Source: Eukaryota sp. TZLM1-RC | Taxonomy: Eukaryota > Protista > Metamonada: BaSk clade | NCBI GenBank assembly: GCA_040285825.1 | Contig: JAUPSS010000001.1 | Location: 2,480,001 to 2,544,000 of the forward strand | DNA length: 64,000 nucleotides | Direction of reading: 5' to 3' | In this document: one piece after another, positions 61,539-64,000 of the stretch | Numbering within the stretch: position 1 is the stretch's first letter | How the letters are laid out: every line of letters starts with the position of its first letter | Notes under the pieces: generated by a model | What the model saw: the letters and a program-made list of their open reading frames with translations, nothing else | What the model was told of the DNA's origin: nothing | The model's database searches: none | Program-made: the position numbers and the translations under genes

Positions 61539-62432
61539 CTAAACAAAATTCGGAATATATTCCGAATCAGAACTTAAAACCTCAATAATTTCGTCATTTT
61601 CAGTGTTTGTTTCGACTTCTTTTTCAAATTGTTCATCAACATTAATTATTGATGGCTTTTTGTTTTGTGATTTACCAGATCTTCTAGTTTTCCTTGAAGG
61701 TTCATTAAACAAATCTTTGGACTTTATTATCCCTGACAAAGTCATTGGAATATTGAGTTGGGAAAGCAGTTCAGAGAGAGAAGAACAATTATAAGTTTCA
61801 GGCCAAAACAACCCGTTACTTTTTTCAATCAAAAGGGCTTCCAATCTATCTAATTTGATTGAATCAGAATTGATTGATTCCGACAGATATTGCTTGAAAT
61901 ATTCCCGTGCTTCAGACACTGGTAACGTTTCTCTCTTTAACAATGTCTCAATTGTACAAAATCTATTTGCACAATTGGAATACCTTTTGTTTGACTTATT
62001 ATGACCAATGAGAATAACAAAGACTCCATAGCTCTTCAGTCGTTGTACCAAGTAGAAAAAGTCTGAATCTCCGCTGACTAAGACCACTGTGGTCGATATC
62101 AGATTTTGGTCTTTTTGGAGTAAATGTATGTTATGCATTACGTCTACCGCAATGGCAATATCTGTTGAATTTTTAAAGCTGGAAGATGGAGATAGTTGGT
62201 GAATTTGCACCCCTTTGTTGTGACAAGCTCTAATCCATCTGGTTTGACTGTCCTTGCGTTTATTATTGTGGATATGAGTGTTGATTTTGTCAGGTTTTCT
62301 GTTGCTAAAGTTTCTAAAGCAAGATAGATATACTGTGATCTGAGCCATGATGCCAAACTTGGATTTTAAAGTAGAAAGAAGTTCTTCAGCTTGATGTGAG
62401 TCGAAGTTATCAGCATCAATGTAGATGAACAT
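61539..62432 (-). CDS. NYN-domain (LabA/DUF88, PIN-fold) ribonuclease-like protein with OST-HTH/LOTUS-like domain
   Basis: IYIDADN, KNSTDIAIAVDVM, VLVSGDSDFFYLVQRLKSYG; FWPETYNCSSLSELL resembles OST-HTH. The 5' end may extend upstream via a frameshift. Confidence 0.85.
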   Translation of the reverse strand: MFIYIDADNFDSHQAEELLSTLKSKFGIMAQITVYLSCFRNFSNRKPDKINTHIHNNKRKDSQTRWIRACHNKGVQIHQLSPSSSFKNSTDIAIAVDVMHNIHLLQKDQNLISTTVVLVSGDSDFFYLVQRLKSYGVFVILIGHNKSNKRYSNCANRFCTIETLLKRETLPVSEAREYFKQYLSESINSDSIKLDRLEALLIEKSNGLFWPETYNCSSLSELLSQLNIPMTLSGIIKSKDLFNEPSRKTRRSGKSQNKKPSIINVDEQFEKEVETNTENDEIIEVLSSDSEYIPNFV

Positions 62433-62803
62433 TGAAATCAGAAACAGTATAATTAGCAAGAGCAGTTGCGCAAGAAGATATATTCAAGGTTCCGTTGCGT
62501 TTATGACCTAGTTTTTGAAGTGAGGGAAAAGTGAAAACCACCAAATCCAAGGGTTGGCAAGTGTAATATTTCATAGATGAGCTCTTAATTTTCAAAACAT
62601 CACAGACACCCGGCTGTGTCACATCTATTCACTCGGTCATTTGCTCTTAACTCACTACTGACCCCTTTTGCAGTGCAACAAATTCGGGCTGACCTTCCTT
62701 TGGTCACCGAGATTTGTCATGAAGCTTCTTTATTGCTTCTTTTCTTTTGAATTTTCCGTTGGCATTTAGAGCTTTAGTAGAACAAGATGTATGGTATCTT
62801 TTT

Positions 62804-63574
62804 ATGACCGTCATCACCACTGTTTTTTCCCAAACCTATCCACCTCCAAGAAGACAACGCCAATTACAACTTATCTTTTACTTTTTTAGTGGATTTTTCC
62901 CTAAATCCCCACAAGACAGGTTCCTTATTTCGACAGAGGAAAATTCTCTGATTCCCTATAGAAATTCATTCATTATTTTCCTCAATGATTGGCTGCAGGC
63001 ACAGAGATGCAATTTTATCAATAAAGAAGGACTTTCTTCTTGCCTTGCTTGTCGGGCTCATCAATTTGCATTGAATATTAAGACAAGTTTTTCCAAAATT
63101 GGTCAATCCTGGACAGAGAACTTCGTTCCTGCTCATTGTAGAGCTCTGGATAAAACGAATGTCTTTGCCAATTATCTTCTCTCTCTTATACCAGCTAAAC
63201 CCTTAGCACCTCTAGAAGCTGGTGAACCAACAAAAGGTGAGCAACTCGAAGAAGTAGTTATTCATTCTAATCTTGAGCCATACATCAATTTTCATCTTAA
63301 TAATCCTGGAAAAAGATTCTTTTTATTAAATGCATGTAATTTTATCTTGAATCTCTTTCACAAATTTCCTACCAATGCATCTTTACTATTTTACAATGGC
63401 GAAATCACCTTTTCATCAAAGGAAATCGGTGAGTTTTTTCGCTTTGATCTGAAAATTTCGCAATACTTTCTCACTTCCTTCTCTCATTTACATTGTAGGA
63501 ACAAATTTAGAAAAATATCATTGGCTTCTCACAAAAGTTCTCAATTTTTTAAAATACCCTCACAAATTTTGTAA
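62804..63574 (+). CDS. Hypothetical protein with degenerate RanBP2-type zinc-finger-like motif
   Basis: Open frame from ATG 62804; DWLQAQRCNFINKEGLSSCLAC has C-x3-N-x6-C-x2-C spacing but lacks the first Cys. Confidence 0.4.
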   Translation: MTVITTVFSQTYPPPRRQRQLQLIFYFFSGFFPKSPQDRFLISTEENSLIPYRNSFIIFLNDWLQAQRCNFINKEGLSSCLACRAHQFALNIKTSFSKIGQSWTENFVPAHCRALDKTNVFANYLLSLIPAKPLAPLEAGEPTKGEQLEEVVIHSNLEPYINFHLNNPGKRFFLLNACNFILNLFHKFPTNASLLFYNGEITFSSKEIGEFFRFDLKISQYFLTSFSHLHCRNKFRKISLASHKSSQFFKIPSQIL

Positions 63575-64000
63575 AGCTTGAAGAAATTCCCATTTGTTGA
63601 AGAAACATATTCAAAAACAAAGCTTATCAAAAATTTAATACAAATAAATCAGGTTTAAAAAATAGATTTAAAAAACTATATTCAAAACTAACAATAATGT
63701 GCTGCTTTTGAATTTCGAAGGTTAAAATAATGATTCAGAAAACACAGATGAGTGGACGAACCACTGAAAAAGAAAAGAAGATCAAAAAAAGAAATAAAAG
63801 TTGACCCTGATGCCAACAAAACCAGAGAAGTAGAGTTGAAGGGTACTAAAAAATTTCCTGTCGAAGACGCAAAGAACTACTCGAAATAATTGATAAAAAT
63901 CCCCTCATTGGCGTTGCTCTGGGCCAATCTAGATTATGTGGTTATTTCTTAAGTGATAACCAATGTGGAGTTATCCGTTGTCCAACTGGCAGGAGGTACA

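Noticed and set aside
1-64000. Alternative genetic code to explain in-frame stops
   Set aside because: Intact genes end in TAA, TAG and TGA and have long open frames under the standard code; internal stops are confined to decayed elements and indel zones.

Overview
AT-rich, intron-poor eukaryotic microbial (protist-like) genomic DNA read with the standard code; eukaryotic origin rests on a cytosolic-type 28S rRNA fragment plus PABP-, CSN1-, VPS9- and PI3K-like genes. The left quarter is an ~11.7 kb tandem array of ~25 copies of a ~462-bp structured unit (4235-15966), with a diverged solo copy at ~100-658. The array is fused by microhomology to a ~230-bp piece of 28S rRNA domain V, which runs straight into a decayed Fanzor (eukaryotic TnpB-like RNA-guided nuclease) gene. 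Four Fanzor-family loci are present. Three are decayed (16.2-16.8, 18.4-19.2 and ~39.7-40.55 kb). The fourth, on the minus strand at 40767-42713, keeps all three RuvC catalytic motifs and the zinc finger, is interrupted only at two T-homopolymers, lacks an in-frame ATG, and is followed by G-U-supported hairpins consistent with an omegaRNA. Other mobile DNA: three pieces of RLE-type (CRE/R2-like) non-LTR retrotransposons and the 3' end of a chromodomain-bearing Gypsy-like element with a polypurine tract and a candidate 79-bp LTR. Host genes: truncated PI3K RBD-C2 fragment, HGSNAT/DUF1624-like membrane acyltransferase, GH13 alpha-amylase, a ~16-kb (~5,300 aa) type-I surface protein with two RCC1 regions and ~6 near-identical 379-aa repeats, a 3-RRM PABP-like protein, a CSN1/Rpn7-like PCI protein, an acidic repeat protein ending in a CaaX box, a VPS9 protein and an NYN-domain protein. 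Many frameshifts fall in homopolymers and look like long-read consensus errors. All family calls are motif recognition by eye, not database searches.
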